Source: Tubulanus polymorphus (Eukaryota; Animalia; Nemertea). Taken from it: 64,000 nt of DNA. The stretch spans positions 13,232,850-13,296,849 of the forward strand of contig NC_134029.1 of the NCBI RefSeq assembly GCF_964204645.1, read 5' to 3'. The notes beneath the pieces are model-generated. The model was not told where the DNA came from, did no database searches, and saw only the letters and a program-made list of their open reading frames with translations. Within the stretch, counting starts at the first letter, position 1, and every line of letters starts with the position of its first letter. The translations under genes and the position numbers were made by a program. This document shows positions 1 through 14,139 of this stretch, in pieces.

Positions 1-89
1 ATCTTTAATTCTATCTAGAAATAATTTGTTGTTCTCACTGTGTGCTTGTTTACTCTCCATTTATAATACATATTTTTATTAAAATTTGA

Positions 90-3000
90 TTAACACGTTA
101 GATTTCTTTTCATTATCTCGTTCTCTTTTGTTTCTTCTCTTTTAAATATTACGTATTCATCTAAATTACAACCATAAGCAACTGTATGAATTCCATCATC
201 TAAAATATATCTTTTATCATCAAATGGGTTTAGACTTATCTTTTCAATTTCTTCAATAAACATTTCATGATCTTCAGATCTTAATCATCTCATCTTATGT
301 TTTCTAACTTCTTCATTGAATATACAATTGATGTAATCTTTGAAATGAATATTCGTTTCTACTACACTTTTGGTTATTCCTTTTAACTTTTTAGCTTCAT
401 GTTCTTTAGTTTTATATGAATACATTTTAGATCTAATACCGATGAATTCAATCATTTCTTCGCCACCTAATTCATCCTTAAACTTCCCGGGAACTTTTTT
501 ATTATCATTGCTAAACAATTCATGATTTTTAGGATAATTACTGAAATCAAAATGATGTTTTAATGTTTTTAAATCATCTGTTATGTTATTAGTTTTTATC
601 TTTAATATGTAAGAATCGGTATCAAAATATAGTATTTCTACATGTTTTTCTCCAAAAAGTGGTTGTAATACATTATAATAGAATTCATACATTAGTAATT
701 TTGATAATTCTAAAACTGAAGCACCAACATAGATTGGTTTATAAATTTCATTGATGTTCTTCTCATTTTAACTGCAGCTAAATTTTCATCAAATATTCTG
801 TTACCAATGAACTTAAGATATGATTGTAAATGCCTTATCCTTTTACCATTACTAACTAACTCAATATCATTTCTATTTGTAAAATTTTCACAAGTCTTAC
901 CATAGAATGCATTATTCATTAACTTGAAGAAATCTTTCTCGAAATCACTTTTAGCTTCAGTTCTCTGTTTGGTGTTAAAATCTATATATTTTTCTAACCA
1001 CTTAGATTGACTAAATGAAATATATCTTTGTACTTTTTTAGAATCATTCCTTGATTCAAATAAAACTTTAACATTCTATAATGTACTACATGATTATATT
1101 TATCTTCTTGAGTTACCATTAACTTTTCTGTATGAATGTGATTTTCGGGTTTAATTCTTTTTTGGTAATTTGATAATTCTTCATGAGTTACAGTTTTATG
1201 TTCGGGGCAGTAAGCTAGATTTCTAGATTTAAATTTAATATGTTCAGGATATTCTAAGTCTACAACAAAGAAGTAACCAGTATCTGAATCATCTGCAATA
1301 TCTAGGATTCTTTTCTTCCAATCAAATTTATCATTATTTTCATTCTGTAAAACTTCAGTTAATTCAAATACTCCATAAGATTGTGGTTCCATCATTGCCC
1401 AACCATACAAATTATTTGCATCTATATATAATAACTTATATCCAGGGTTATCATTTACATTGAAATATCTATCCCCTAATACACCTGAAACACCTCCTCT
1501 TATAGATTTTTCAAATAATAGTAATTGATCTATATTTGTTAACAAATCCATTTTTATATCTGTAAATTTTAATCCACAATCCCATGTTAAACCTGGTGAT
1601 GAATAACAATGACAAGGATCAATGTTAAAATATTTTAGGTTTACATCTCTAAACCTTTCGAATATATCGGTTAATAATAATGCATCTGATTTTAAATATA
1701 TATCTACTAATTGCCCATGATTTTCTATTTTGAAATGATTCCAAATATTCAATGTTCTATTATAGACTTCATCTTTAACATATTCATTTTTTAATTCATC
1801 ATAGAATTGTTCTTTTAATAATTCAGTTATGTTAAAATCATAATGATTCTTATAAAATGAATATGGAATTGCTCCTTTATATCTCATTAATTGAAAATCA
1901 TCATTATTTGGGTAATGTTGCTTTAATATTTTTAATTCATCATCAACTAATGATTTTGATAAGTTATCTAATGAACTATTTAAAAATCTATATGAATCTA
2001 TAAATCTTAGGCAACCAAATTGGAATGATATATAATTCTCAGATGTTTTAGCTAACATTCTAAATTTATAAGTTGGTATTTTATCTTTTGATCTATTTGA
2101 ATTTAATCCTTCTATTTCATTATTAATTTCTTCTATTTTATGACATAACTGTTTGATAAATAAATGTGCATCATATCCTGATAGATTATGAAATATAACT
2201 GGTACAAAATTGATTTTCTTAGCTTGTAAGTTACAATTCTCATGTGCAGCGCCTATAAACTTTCCGTTCAAATGATCATGGTCTCTTACTTTTTTATCTT
2301 TATAATTGAATATCTTTTCACAATAATAACATTTATCTGCAAACGCAAATTCTTCTTTATCTTCTTCTGTCATAATTATTTCTTTATTTGTATTCAATAA
2401 TTTACTAAATCTTATTTCATATTCAATTAATAAGTCACAAAAATGATTGATAACATTTTCATTTCTATAATGATAATATTCACTTTCAATTAGTTCTGGA
2501 TAATCAGATTTTATATATAACCCGAAAGCAGCAGCTGATTGATGAATCTTTTTAATTGTATTTTTTTTTTTGGCGGTTCATATGAAAAATCATTTTCATT
2601 AGAATTTAATTTCTTTCTTTTATAATATATTTCTTTTCTATCTTGATCGGTTAGTTCTTTATTTAATGATTCAAAATCTCCATATATAACAAATGGTACT
2701 TTATTTTTGTAATCATATTTTTTGAATTCTAATATCTTATCCTTTTCATTTGGTAAAACTAATTTACAATAATCATGATTATCACATAATTGTTTATGAT
2801 TTAATAATGTACTTTCATTACTGAATCTATGTAAACATTTTCTACAAAGATATATTTTATTATCAAAATCATTTTCTGATTTAAAAAATAAATCAATTCT
2901 TTTAATCCACATATAATGATTCTCATAATATAATATATCTATAACATCGTTTGAATCATAATCTTTTGATAGATATAAAGGTTCTAATGTATAATGTTTT

Positions 3001-4148
3001 ATATTATTACCTTTTGTATTTGGTAATTTGATTAAATCAAATACATTTATCTTTATATTATTATCTCTTTCTATTTTTGGGATGTTTTTAATTCTAACAG
3101 GATACTTATCTATCTTTATTTTATTATTATAAAATTTATTATTTTCAAATGGTTTATAATGAGTTAATCTAAAACTATGTGTAATATCTTCTGTTGGGTG
3201 TAAACAACTTATTATAGCCCATAGGAAACATTTATCATCTTCATTTTGTACATTTATAACAGAATTAGTTTTAAATGGTAGTTTAATATGACTCGATGCT
3301 TCAATATCTGGTTCTTTATAATATGATACATTATTTTCATCAATTGGTTTTGATTTAGTTAACTTATTATATTTTGTGTTTTAAACATGTAAAGTCATAA
3401 ATATTATTTCATCAAATATTAAACCAGATCCTTCAAAATATTTCTCTTCTATTTTAGTTTTTACTTCATTATAACATTTATCTAATTTATCATCTATATG
3501 TTGTTTTGAAATAATACGTTGTGAATGAGAATTTATATTATATATTGTTTTATCTTCAGATTTTATGAATTTAACTTTTGATGAAATACTTATTTTAGGA
3601 TATTCAACATCAGTTATTATTTTCATTATTTCTTTCATATTTTCTAAATGTTTTTTATTTTCTTCTAATGTTTTTCCTTTATGAAATTTAAACTCGATAG
3701 CTGCTGGGCCAATATCACTTTTAAATGCTTCGGTTATCTCTATATCTTTTTTATTATCCAATGAATTAATATAATTTCTTACATCTTCCATGTATGGTCT
3801 TTTATTGTTTAATTTATTTTTTATGTTTTTAATTGTCTTCTGTTTCTTATCATTATCTTTATCAAAATAATCTTCACCTAAAATATCATTATTCTTATTT
3901 CTAATATGACTTTTAGATTTTAAATGTTCTTTATAATATCTTTTATCACTGAATGATTGATTACATGTATCACATTTGTATATTTCTTTTTCATTCTTTA
4001 ATTCATCTGATTTAGTTTCTAATATATCATCTTCATATTTTAACTTTATTTTATTTTCTAAATGCGTTTTAGTTTTATTGTGTCTTGCTTTTTGAGATTT
4101 ATCTATATTGATATTACATGTTGAACAGTAGTACTTATTTGCTTCCAT
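90..4148 (-). pseudogene. pPolB: Protein-primed family B DNA polymerase with N-terminal C2H2 zinc fingers and an endonuclease VII-like insert; disrupted
   Basis: Motifs FHNLSGYDAHLF, YIDANNLYGWAM, KLMNNAFYGKT, YFDTDS, RSKMY and RDHDHLNGK..AAHENCNL, split over ORFs 3381-4148, 2511-2912, 994-2397, 710-919 and 285-692. Confidence 0.93.
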
Positions 4149-4227
4149 TTTAATACTAAATTTTTTTTTTAAATTGATTTTAGTAGTTATTCATTTATAT
4201 TTTATTCATATATATGAATATTTTAAG

Positions 4228-4372
4228 AGTAATAGGGAATATCTTGTTTCATATCAAAGGTTGAAGGGGCGAGTGAGTAAAAAATAGAAAATAAATTCGA
4301 GTTTGCGAGAATTTATTTTTTATGAGCTCGACCTTTCGACCTTTGGTATGAAACAAGATATTCCCTATTACT
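4228..4372. repeat. Terminal fold-back palindrome of element A (145 bp)
   Basis: AGTAATAGGGAATATCTTGTTTC...GAAACAAGATATTCCCTATTACT; the arms are reverse complements. Confidence 0.95.
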
Positions 4373-4374
4373 AC

Positions 4375-4760
4375 GGTACAGCTGTACGCATTATGCAATT
4401 GTTCCAATTGGAATAGGGCCTATTGATTGGGCTTATTATATCCTGCTTTAGAATAAACACATTATTATTCGAAAATGGAATTATTAAATTCATGGAATCA
4501 ATTGTAAAGCTGAAAAAAGAAAAACGGTTATGCTTCGGTCAAAGGAATGATAGATAATTTGTTACCTAGCAATGCGGGTTTGCGTAGAACGTGAGATTCA
4601 GCTGTTAGCACTGACCGAGGCTACAATATTGTAACCTAGGTCGGTTCACTGCACAACTTTTTTGTAAACACTGACCGAGGCTACAATATTGTAGCCTAGG
4701 TCGGTTCACTGCATGACCTTTGCTTGCGATTACTGGCCCAACCCCAGTCGGTTGTTTTTA
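4375..4760 (+). repeat. Dispersed repeat with two ~60-bp tandem units carrying the palindrome GGCTACAATATTGTAGCC; inverted copy at ~14140-14568
   Basis: 4458-4715 is the diverged reverse complement of 14230-14489. Confidence 0.75.
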
Positions 4761-7700
4761 CAGTATTTGATGTACTGGCTAATTGGATGTTACCATAAAT
4801 AAACAGTATTTTGAAGATGTGGGGACAGAGAGAATCTGTTTTTTATTTCGTCTTCAGAAGGTCCTACTGTTCGCTATTCTGTGTCAAAATATGAATTGAA
4901 ATATAAAGGATGGAGTTAGTTTCCTTTCCCGATACTGTATTTATGCTTTTAATCATGAAGGATAATTGTGTTATAGCAATTATAGTGATAACCTACGACA
5001 GTTTCAAATTCACGTATTAGAAAACGACAATTATCTTTAAATTCCAAATTTCATTTGGAAAGCGGCGTTTATGCGCACAATTCCTAAAATGTCAGAATTC
5101 CGAAAACTAGGGATTCACACGGTTAGAATGTCAACTAAATAAGTTTCGTCCGAGCAAATGTATACTATAAGAAACTAACGGCGAAACTTCACAGGTTGGT
5201 GCGGTCTGTGCGCTGCATGAACGGGTTTTTGGTATCAAATGTAAAATACCGGCCGTGTACATGTTCGGATTTGTACCGATACATTGAGTTTAGTTCAATT
5301 TTTGGATAATTATAGTTTAGGAGCTCTGTGTGACGTCACTGAGCGCACTGATCAAAAATAGTCAGCACACTGTGAGCATCACATGTTGCTTGGTTTTAAA
5401 GGACAGTGTGCTAATTGACTATACATGAAAATGGGCTTGACCAAAATTTTCTTCCTGACAGAGGAATGTATAATCGCACTGATATAGCTGTCTTGCTAGG
5501 TTGAAGGGTGTTTGAACTTCGCCGAATTCAGTTAAAATTCAATTAAATACCATAATTAATAAAATCTTATTGACGGAAATTTACCGCTATATTTTGGTTA
5601 TTTTTCAGTGCGTTTTAAAATTACATTGAATTCATCGTTCGAGGTCAATGATGGCGCAAAACAATTTAAATTGAGTCCAGTTGCGAGAATATTCCCTTAC
5701 TTTAGGGCGATTTAGTATTTTATGAATCAAGAAATTATTTACAATGGACTTATTTTCCGCTAGCAGCAAAACAATACACTGTTATCTGAACTGTCAATCA
5801 TTACGTCGTGTCTAGTTTAACAAGTAGATATAGACTAAAAAAATATGCGTGGTTTCCACGCGAGAACCAAACAAGACGGTTGTTAGTAGACGTACTCAAG
5901 TTGGATGGTCAGGAGTCAACAACGGTTTTAATAATTTATAATAACAGATGTAAGCAGTTGTAAACTTGTGAACAGAGGAAATATCAACATATATACACAA
6001 TTGTGTCTAACTTTCTCCTGTCTGGTTTTATGTTAAATATATCCCGAACAAATATTTTGTTTGAATAAATATTCAAATATCGATCCAGAAGAGCAATGCG
6101 GCCAACAACATTTTATTTTGAGTTTGAAAAAATGACCTGTTGACTCGGTAAGACGGCTGTTCGATTTACCGGGTGCGCACTACTATGTTTTGAATGGCTA
6201 TGAAAACGGAGTCGAACCAAGAACAGCAATTAAGCTTGATGTCTCGTCTCCCTCATAGATATATCAGAATCAGTTTTCTCAAAATCTGTTTCTTACCGAA
6301 GTCCTTGATTCGTGCTTGAATATGTACATAAGATTTTACAAATGAACACGAAGATATAACAAGAATTGAGGTCTTGGTTATTTGGTGACAAGTCGAATCG
6401 TTTGGAACTAAGAAAAATCCTCAGACTTAGAAAAGTCTGGCTTAAGTTGAAATTCCGAAAAGTATACGACTACTAATTGTTTCTGATATCGGAAATTAAA
6501 TCAACATCTACATCTAATGTATCTATTGATACGAAACGGTTTTAGGACCGTAGATTGATTGAAAGTTACGAAGAGGGAGGGATAGCTCTATCGCATTAAA
6601 ACATTATTGCTCAGTTATACAGATGGCATTCATCCATTTAGCTCAAACAACAAACACACTTCTGCGCAGAGAAATACCAAGGCTATATATGCTTAATTAT
6701 GTATTTTATTGATACAGAAAATAAAATCGCTGTCCGCGTTTTGTCCCCTTGCTTAAGTCACTTAAGTTTGTTGTCTAGAATGCAAATTATTACAGGTCAG
6801 CAGAATTTAAGGGCTTTCACCGTTGAGTAGTAGCCTATCTGTCATGAGGCCTGATCATGAAAATGTGTTATATTAGAAATACAATATGACTTTTCAATTT
6901 TTTTAGGCGAAACGTTGCCTTAAATATATTCCCTGCGTCTTTTTTTCTTTTCTTGAGGGATTTCTCTTGATTGTTAAAACAATATCAAATCATCCTGTCT
7001 TAAAAAGTATGAAATCTAGGCTGAAATATGTAGCCAATTTAGAATTGGATGAAATGTTCAAAATAAGCCATTCGACCCTGTTATCAAACATATCATTGTT
7101 CTTTAAAACTGTTAAATATCGGAGGATTTTTAAGCCGAGCTTCAAACATTTCGATTCCTGAACTAAAATAATTATGTGGCATGTAATTATCCAAGACTAT
7201 ATGACTATGAATATGTTTTAGGTGACTGTTTAAGGTGTTACTTTTATCCGGGAAGGATTTGTTTCAATCTCACTTTTAAGATATCAACTATAAAAAGTAA
7301 CGGTATCGAGTGATCGCTCGCAGATTTAGCAGTTAAAATCGTCACATTTTTAATGTTTGCGTTGATGAAGGCGATTAGAGGGACACATGGCATCCACTGC
7401 TTATAAAACAGTAGATAGATTTCTGGAGATTTAAAGTTTGGATGCTCTGATGAACTCTATCAGCTGTTGGTTGGTTAAAGCATAGCAGTGCTAAATTTCT
7501 ATGGTTATAGTACATTGCAGGTGACCCAAATGATTTGCCTGCTGCCTGGATACTATAAACCTGGTACCTGGAGCATGGACTCGTTTAGATGGATGTCTGG
7601 ACGTTATAGTACAGTGTTCATGACTATAGACCCGGGTGACCCGAATTCCCCACCTGCCTGAAAATCTCATAGCGGAGGTAACGCGTATATCTTTGCTGCA

Positions 7701-7799
7701 CACCGATCTCATTGAAAGGTCAAAATGCTATTTTTGTGAAGAAGTACACGGGCCTCTCCATCTGATACTTTTAACACAGGGTACATAAATATGTAACTA

Positions 7800-9340
7800 A
7801 TATTTTTAAACAAGATTTCTTCAGAATAAAAACTACATCCAAATATCTGGCTAAAGTACTCCCCGGCTCTGGGTACTTTTTCTGATTCTCACATTCGGCA
7901 CAATATGGATCTTTTACACAAACTCAAAAATCTCAAACCTGATGGCCAAAAAATTATATCTTTCGTCGCTATATCCTTGTTTACAAATATACCATTGGAA
8001 CCAACTCTCAATTTATTAAGAAGAAAACTCCCGGACTCCAATCTTGATCTCCCGATTCCTGTAGATTGCTTACTTGAACTTTTGGAGCTCTGTACAACCA
8101 ATCTATACTTCCAATTCCACGACAAATTCTATGAACAAATTTTTGGTTTCGCTATGGGTAACCCATAATCCCCCATAATTTGGCTAATCTTTTCCTTGAA
8201 CATTTTGAATCCGAAATTCTTCCCAATTACGCTGGCTCTTAACCTAACTTTTAGATTAGATGTGTTGATGACATTCTGTGCTTAGTTTCTGATGATTTTG
8301 ATCTTAACTCTTTTATTGACTTCATCAACTCTCAATATCCATCTTTGAAATTCACATTTGAATGGGAACAAAATGACCAAATCCCGTTTTTAGATGTTCT
8401 AATCCACAATAAATACTCTCATTTGTTTTTTTTTTCAGTCTATCTTAAACCGATCAACGCTCAGGCATATCTCCATTTCTTTTCGTTTACTGCTAAATCA
8501 AACAAAATTGGTCTCGCTCAAGGCCTCTTTCTCCGTGCACTACGAATCTCTGCGATGAAACCTTCCTTTCGGCTGAATTTGACCACATATCCAACTCTCT
8601 TAATAAATTGGCTTACCCGGATCACATTTTGAAAATCGCTATTTGTAAGGCTAAACGTACTTTCTTTAACTCTAACCCTCCAGAAAATAAAAAACACATT
8701 TCAGAATTCATTGTAGTTTCGTATGTACCTGTTTTGGAAAAGTTTCGTCACTCTCTCCCTTAAATGGATAAACAAATCATTTTCACGTATGAAAACAAAA
8801 GTAGCAAGACTTTGGTAAAAAACAATCAATCTAAACCTTTGGACTGCGGAGTTTACGAAATTCCTTGTTTTGGCTGTGATAAAATGTACTTTGGAGAAAC
8901 TGGTCGTGATTTAAAAACTCGAATTTCGGAACACAAAAAGGATATTATATATCAAAAACCGGCTAGTGGTTTAGCCAATCATGTTTGGAACACTGCTCAT
9001 CGTTTTGATAAAGCCGAAATTATTTATACTTCCAGCAATTACACTAAACGCCACACAGTTGAGTCTGCCCTAATTACTCGTCACTCATATATTAGTACCA
9101 ATTTAAAAATGGCCTTTCTCCCAACAATTCCATTACTCCATGCCTTGCCAAACACTAATTAGTTACTCACTAACCAATTTACTCAATTAACCTGTTCTCC
9201 TCTTTATATATACCCCTGTTTTTAGTCAATATCTCACACCTGACGATGATCTCTAGTGTGAGATCGAAACGTCGTGTTCTTACATTTTAGATTGTTTCAA
9301 TAAATAATTCTCGATTTTAGATTTCTTTTAATTTTTAAAT
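7800..9340 (+). mobile_element. Penelope-like retroelement (RT + GIY-YIG endonuclease), degenerate and 5'-truncated
   Basis: SF..SLFTNIP, YEQIFGFAMGNP, CVDDI, IPFLDVLI and GVYEIPC..C...YFGETGRDLKTRISEH; 3' TATA, hammerhead and AATAAA. Confidence 0.9.
9236..9277 (+). ncRNA. Minimal type I hammerhead ribozyme in the Penelope 3' region
   Basis: ACAC-CTGACGA-T-GATCTC(TAGTGT)GAGATC-GAAA-CGTC-GTGT: catalytic core, stem II, palindromic stem III and stem I. Confidence 0.85.
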
Positions 9341-9639
9341 AGTGGGTATTTATCTTACGTCTGATAATATCATCACGCATGTTGTTTGCTAATAGTCACG
9401 AATTATGTCATCTTATATGTACGTAGCTTAGTAAAAGTCACAGATTATTCAAGATGAATATTGGGAAAAACAACACGGAAAATTTGAAATTTTTGAAACG
9501 ATTTAAGCTTTTCAAAATCAGAATATTGAAGTATTTTATTAAATTTTGCTGTTAGCAAGGGGCACATTTGCCTAGAGGAGATTTTTACTGGGGGGGGGGG
9601 GGGGGATATTTACTGGGGGATGTTTCCGAATATAAACCA

Positions 9640-11600
9640 TTTTAATGACAAAATAATCAAACATAATGTTGACCTATACTTGAAAAAGCTGCATTTCTTC
9701 CAATTGAATTTTCATTAAATTATTGCCATGAAATAAAGGCAATTTCGATTAATCTTAAAACTTCAAAACTTATCACATTATACAAACAGATTTAGCTCGA
9801 TGGTTATCGGTTAGAGTTTTATCGCTCATATATTTGACATCCTCAAAGAGCATATTCAGAATCTTTAGATTTTAACTGCCCTGAAAACTATATAGCGTTT
9901 GCATACAGTTTTGCACTACTGTTTATACGCTGTTTATATTGTCACGTATCACTGCAAATCTGAAGCATATGTCGCTATTTATAACAGGGAATCTGGCAAG
10001 CGAATCCAAACTGAAAAGAAGATGCTTTTGGAGAATGGCATGGGGGGGGGTGGGGGGCAGACTTGAAATAAATGCCATTGAGTTATTTAGATAAATGTTC
10101 GAGAATCTAGCTTTTGGAGAAGGGCCACAGGTGCGTAAGGCACAAAAGGGGTATGGTCTTTGAAGAATGAGACACGTTTAGGTGCTTTCTGAGCACTTTC
10201 TTAGTTGAAATTAGGAATGGTATATGCTCACAATTTCAGGCATGTTTTATGTAAAAAGGATAATAACGATTACAATAGATCCAAGGAGGCTAAGTATATC
10301 TAATGAATAAAATGAAGGTTAAAATCTATCTAAGCCCACGAACTGTTGAAGAATTTCAGAATGTAACGCTATGCAGAAATCGGTACTCGAAAAACGCCTA
10401 ATGAAATACACCGAATCGGAAAACGCATAACGCTTAATTCCTGGAAAATGACCTAATTTCGTAATTGCACCATCTACTGAGACTCACAATCCAACTCATC
10501 AACGGAACAGTTTGAAAATACATGTGTTTTACGCTTCACGAAACGAGACTACTACTCTTATAAACTACACAATAGGATGATGATAGAATGTCCGTCGCGC
10601 AAGCAATTAATTACATAACGCGAAACAAATGCTGCGGTTATAAACCGGCTTTCTTGAATTTTGAAACCGAAATGCATAAATATGGTACAATCTACGCTCG
10701 TAGGTATAACGCACACAAAGACTGATAAAATAGCCTTTCTCAAATTATCCTCCAAAACTGTTTATAACCACGCTAATGTGAACCTACCGAACCAATGGGA
10801 GACTAAATAATGTCCAGCCCCTGAACTTCCTTGAACAAAAAATAATAAACACTATGTTCCATATAACAAATATGATGTCTTTTATTATCATAATACTAGG
10901 TCTTAATATGAAATAATAACACAGATAAGCCTGTGTAACCATAGACAGTAGAAACGAAGATGTAACAGGCGGGGCTCCACGCACTCCGACGTGAACTATG
11001 TAGCGTTGCGTACATAGTTAGTTCACGTAGGGATTTAGGTCAATTTCTTGGATGTTACTTGAATTAGGCGTTATGCGTTTTCCGATTCGGTGTTTTTCAT
11101 TAGGCGTTTTTCGAATACCGATGCAGAAATACGACAATAACGGTTTTACACTGGTATCCTTTAACATCAGGCGATGAACAAAATTTTGTTCAAACGTCAG
11201 AAAAGTGATGAGGGCCTGGCCCCATGTCTATGTATTGTTCTCTGAATCCAAGAACATGTCTATCGCACATTTGAGCCTAAACGTCTACTTTTACTTAGTA
11301 GCCACTTACGATTTGCGGTGATACGTGACAACATGAACACATTGAGAAACTAGTGGAAAATTCTATTCTCACGCTATAGTTTGGGGTATTGTATTTTGAG
11401 TGACTCAGTTAAGCTCTGAAGATAGTCTAACCAATAAAAATCGAGATTGGAGTAAATTAGTTTACAAATTGTCATTGGTTATGGAGTTTTACGATGAATC
11501 GAAATTTCCTTCTTTTTATGGCGATATTAGTTTAATGAAGAATTCGATTTTAACAAATGCAGCTATTTTCAAGCATGTCTGCATTCATATTTTGATTTAA
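9640..11600. mobile_element. Old fold-back/TIR element with ~300-bp diverged inverted arms (~9640-9990 and ~11300-11600)
   Basis: TGTCACGTATCACTGCAAATC at 9940 vs GATTTGCGGTGATACGTGACA at 11310, with similarity extending outward; another copy of the motif at ~13188. Confidence 0.55.
10381..11120. mobile_element. MULE/Mutator-type MITE (740 bp)
   Basis: TIRs of ~60-80 bp starting CGGTA; 10-bp TSD ATGCAGAAAT at 10371-10380 and 11121-11130. Confidence 0.9.
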
Positions 11601-11727
11601 TTTTTGAATTAGAAGCGTAATCATAAATTCAGGCTAACCTCTCATTATTGAAGTGGTGGTTTATTTTCAACGGGGGTCTGGATGTCTTTGCATCATAAAT
11701 TAAGATGTGCATTTTGGAGTGTTCGAA

Positions 11728-11769
11728 CCGCAACGTTTTGACTGTTGACTAACAGCCATCATCAGGTGG
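11728..11769 (-). ncRNA. Degenerate hammerhead ribozyme (likely remnant of a second Penelope-like element)
   Basis: Minus strand CCAC-CTGATGA-T-GGCTGTT(AGTC)AACAGTC-AAAA-CGTT-GCGG; GAAA core appears mutated to AAAA. Confidence 0.55.
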
Positions 11770-14139
11770 AATGTAGACATTCCAGTGATTTGACCTTTAA
11801 GTCGGATGGCAGTCACTGAAAATCCGAACGTTGTTGTGGTTTAATTTTGATAATTAAATGTCATCGTATAAAATTTTATTGCGGAATTTCTTCATTTATC
11901 GAATTAGTGTTCTGTTCGACTACTTCGGGTCATGTAGTCGTCTAGATAGAAAATTATTTACTTGTCGCCGCGGAAGGTATATGCAACCGTGTCAGTCGCT
12001 ACGGGAGAGATTCTCTGTATATCGGCATCTTAAATCGGCACCTTTGTTGGTCCTATAGTCTGCATTCACTTCCAATTTAACGTATTGGTAACGTTATTCT
12101 TACTATGAATGCACTTCTGCTAAGTTAAATACTATTAAGAGGTCATTATTTTTGGTGGTCAGTGCAGTTTATTTATTCGTTCATCAATCACTGTCTAGTT
12201 AGCCAGTGTAATTCACCTGTTGACCGATAGCTGCTGCTGGGCTTTTGATAACCTATACAAACAATTTACTCAACAAAGTAGGAAAGCATGTGAAACTGAA
12301 ATTTCAGCCTTGCATTCTTTTACTTAGACCAGAAGAGGTTTTTTTTATCAAATTGGAATTATAATAACTGATTTCAAAACTACGTGAACATCTCAACTGA
12401 ATTTATTTCAGTATTTATTCAATCAATAATGGTAATTGTTAGGCTTATTCTCACTAGCATACCCTCAGTGAGTAATGGGTATTAGATTATAATATAATGC
12501 ACTATTATTTTGATCTTATATTAGAAGTTGTAATATCATTTCAACCAAACTGTATAACTATGAAATGAAATTTCGGTTAAGGTATCAATTCTAACAAGCA
12601 TTAAAGGGTTCAATATTCATAAACGAACAAGCAGAGAACAGCGTGACAAAGTGAACATCACATGGATTACTTAAAAATTGATTGTTTCGAAATAAACAAT
12701 AATTGTAGGTTAATTCTAAGTATTTTAGGTACATTTTTTGGGAAAATCTATTGTAGTCTTTTCATCCAAGTAAAGAGATCTAAAGACATAATCCATTTCA
12801 TGAACATATGATTTTATTTCTATTTTCGTCTCTCATATATCCTTGAAGACAAATGAAGCCAAATTCAAAAAGACAAATTCATTTCTACAGAATCAAAGAT
12901 TTATGACAGTATGAATGCACCAGCATGTTTTATAATCGCAAATATAAAACAAAAATCATAAAATTCTAAATTAGATCTGGCACAATACTTGTTTTAACGG
13001 ATTGAATCCATAATGATGTTATATAAATCAATAGTTTTCTTATTGGTTATTCTCAATTTGTTGAGCGTGATATAATTTAGGGGGTTCTTAGCAACTCAGA
13101 AACTGGGATTTCTATTGACAGAACTGTATTCAAAGCATACAGAGTTCTGTATACAAAGCATACGGGGTTTAACAGTACCTTTGACCCTGTCACGTATCAC
13201 TGCAAATCTTTAACAGATGTGGCTATTTTGAACAGGAAATTACTGTGCCATCTCAAAATGGTCAATTTTTCTCTAGTTGACTTTTAGAAACGATGTGTTT
13301 TGAGAGTAGCTATTGTGGTAGGAGTTACTATCACTAAGTCGCTGTTTACAATCGTTTGGTTACAGTCACATCTACTGCCAGTGTGCACTATCAAAATGCT
13401 AGCACACTAGCACATCAGATGTTTTACAACAGTCACTTTTCAGCAGTAGACTCTTTCAAACAGCTACTGTGGAAAACCAACTGAATTGAAAGGTAGACTA
13501 TTTCGGCGTCATTTATTTGTTATTTGTGATTACATCCAACAGTCAAATGATTTCATTTCAATCGTTGCCTCAACTTACAATCGTCACAATTTTTTGTATA
13601 TTTTTTTGTCATATCTGAAACTCGGGTCCCCAGGGCGAACCACTATTAAAGCCGTGAGACTACATCGAAGTACCGATGACGTAAGCCGAAAGCCGTTACC
13701 GTTCTCCGCAAAATACATTCGTTACCGTAATCCAACTGAATTTTTATAGAATATATGTAATGAAATTTATCAATGAATCGGTCAAATAAAACATTTTCTT
13801 TAGAATATGTAAAATGTGCATGGATTCAGCTTAAATTCAAATCAGCGAAATTAATATAATAATCAACGATTCAGTGATTCAGCGAAGTTCGGAACACCCC
13901 CAAAACAATGCACACCTGATTCCAATTCTATATAAATTGTCATCCGATTCTAGAAACGTTTTCGTATCAATCATGGCAATTGCGCAATATAAGTATATGG
14001 CTCGCACTTAAACTTCTTTTAAACCCTTGATATGGAATGCGTACGATGTACATTCCTAACTGTTCAAGTCATTCCTCAATTATAGGAGACGTTTGACTGA
14101 AACACTTTTGATTCCTCGACAGTCAAAACTACAAATCAA

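Larger units (their letters stand above)
1..4372 (-). mobile_element. Polinton/Maverick-like element A (pPolB-proximal end; continues beyond window start)
   Basis: Terminal hairpin ending ...CTATTACT at 4372, then pPolB and the start of the SSB-like gene (ATG at 60); collinear with and highly similar to 25620-29970. Confidence 0.9.

Noticed and set aside
4610-4715. Palindromic repeats with short unique spacers resembling a CRISPR array (also 14230-14336)
   Set aside because: Only two units per locus, spacers ~16-20 bp, no cas genes, eukaryotic transposon context
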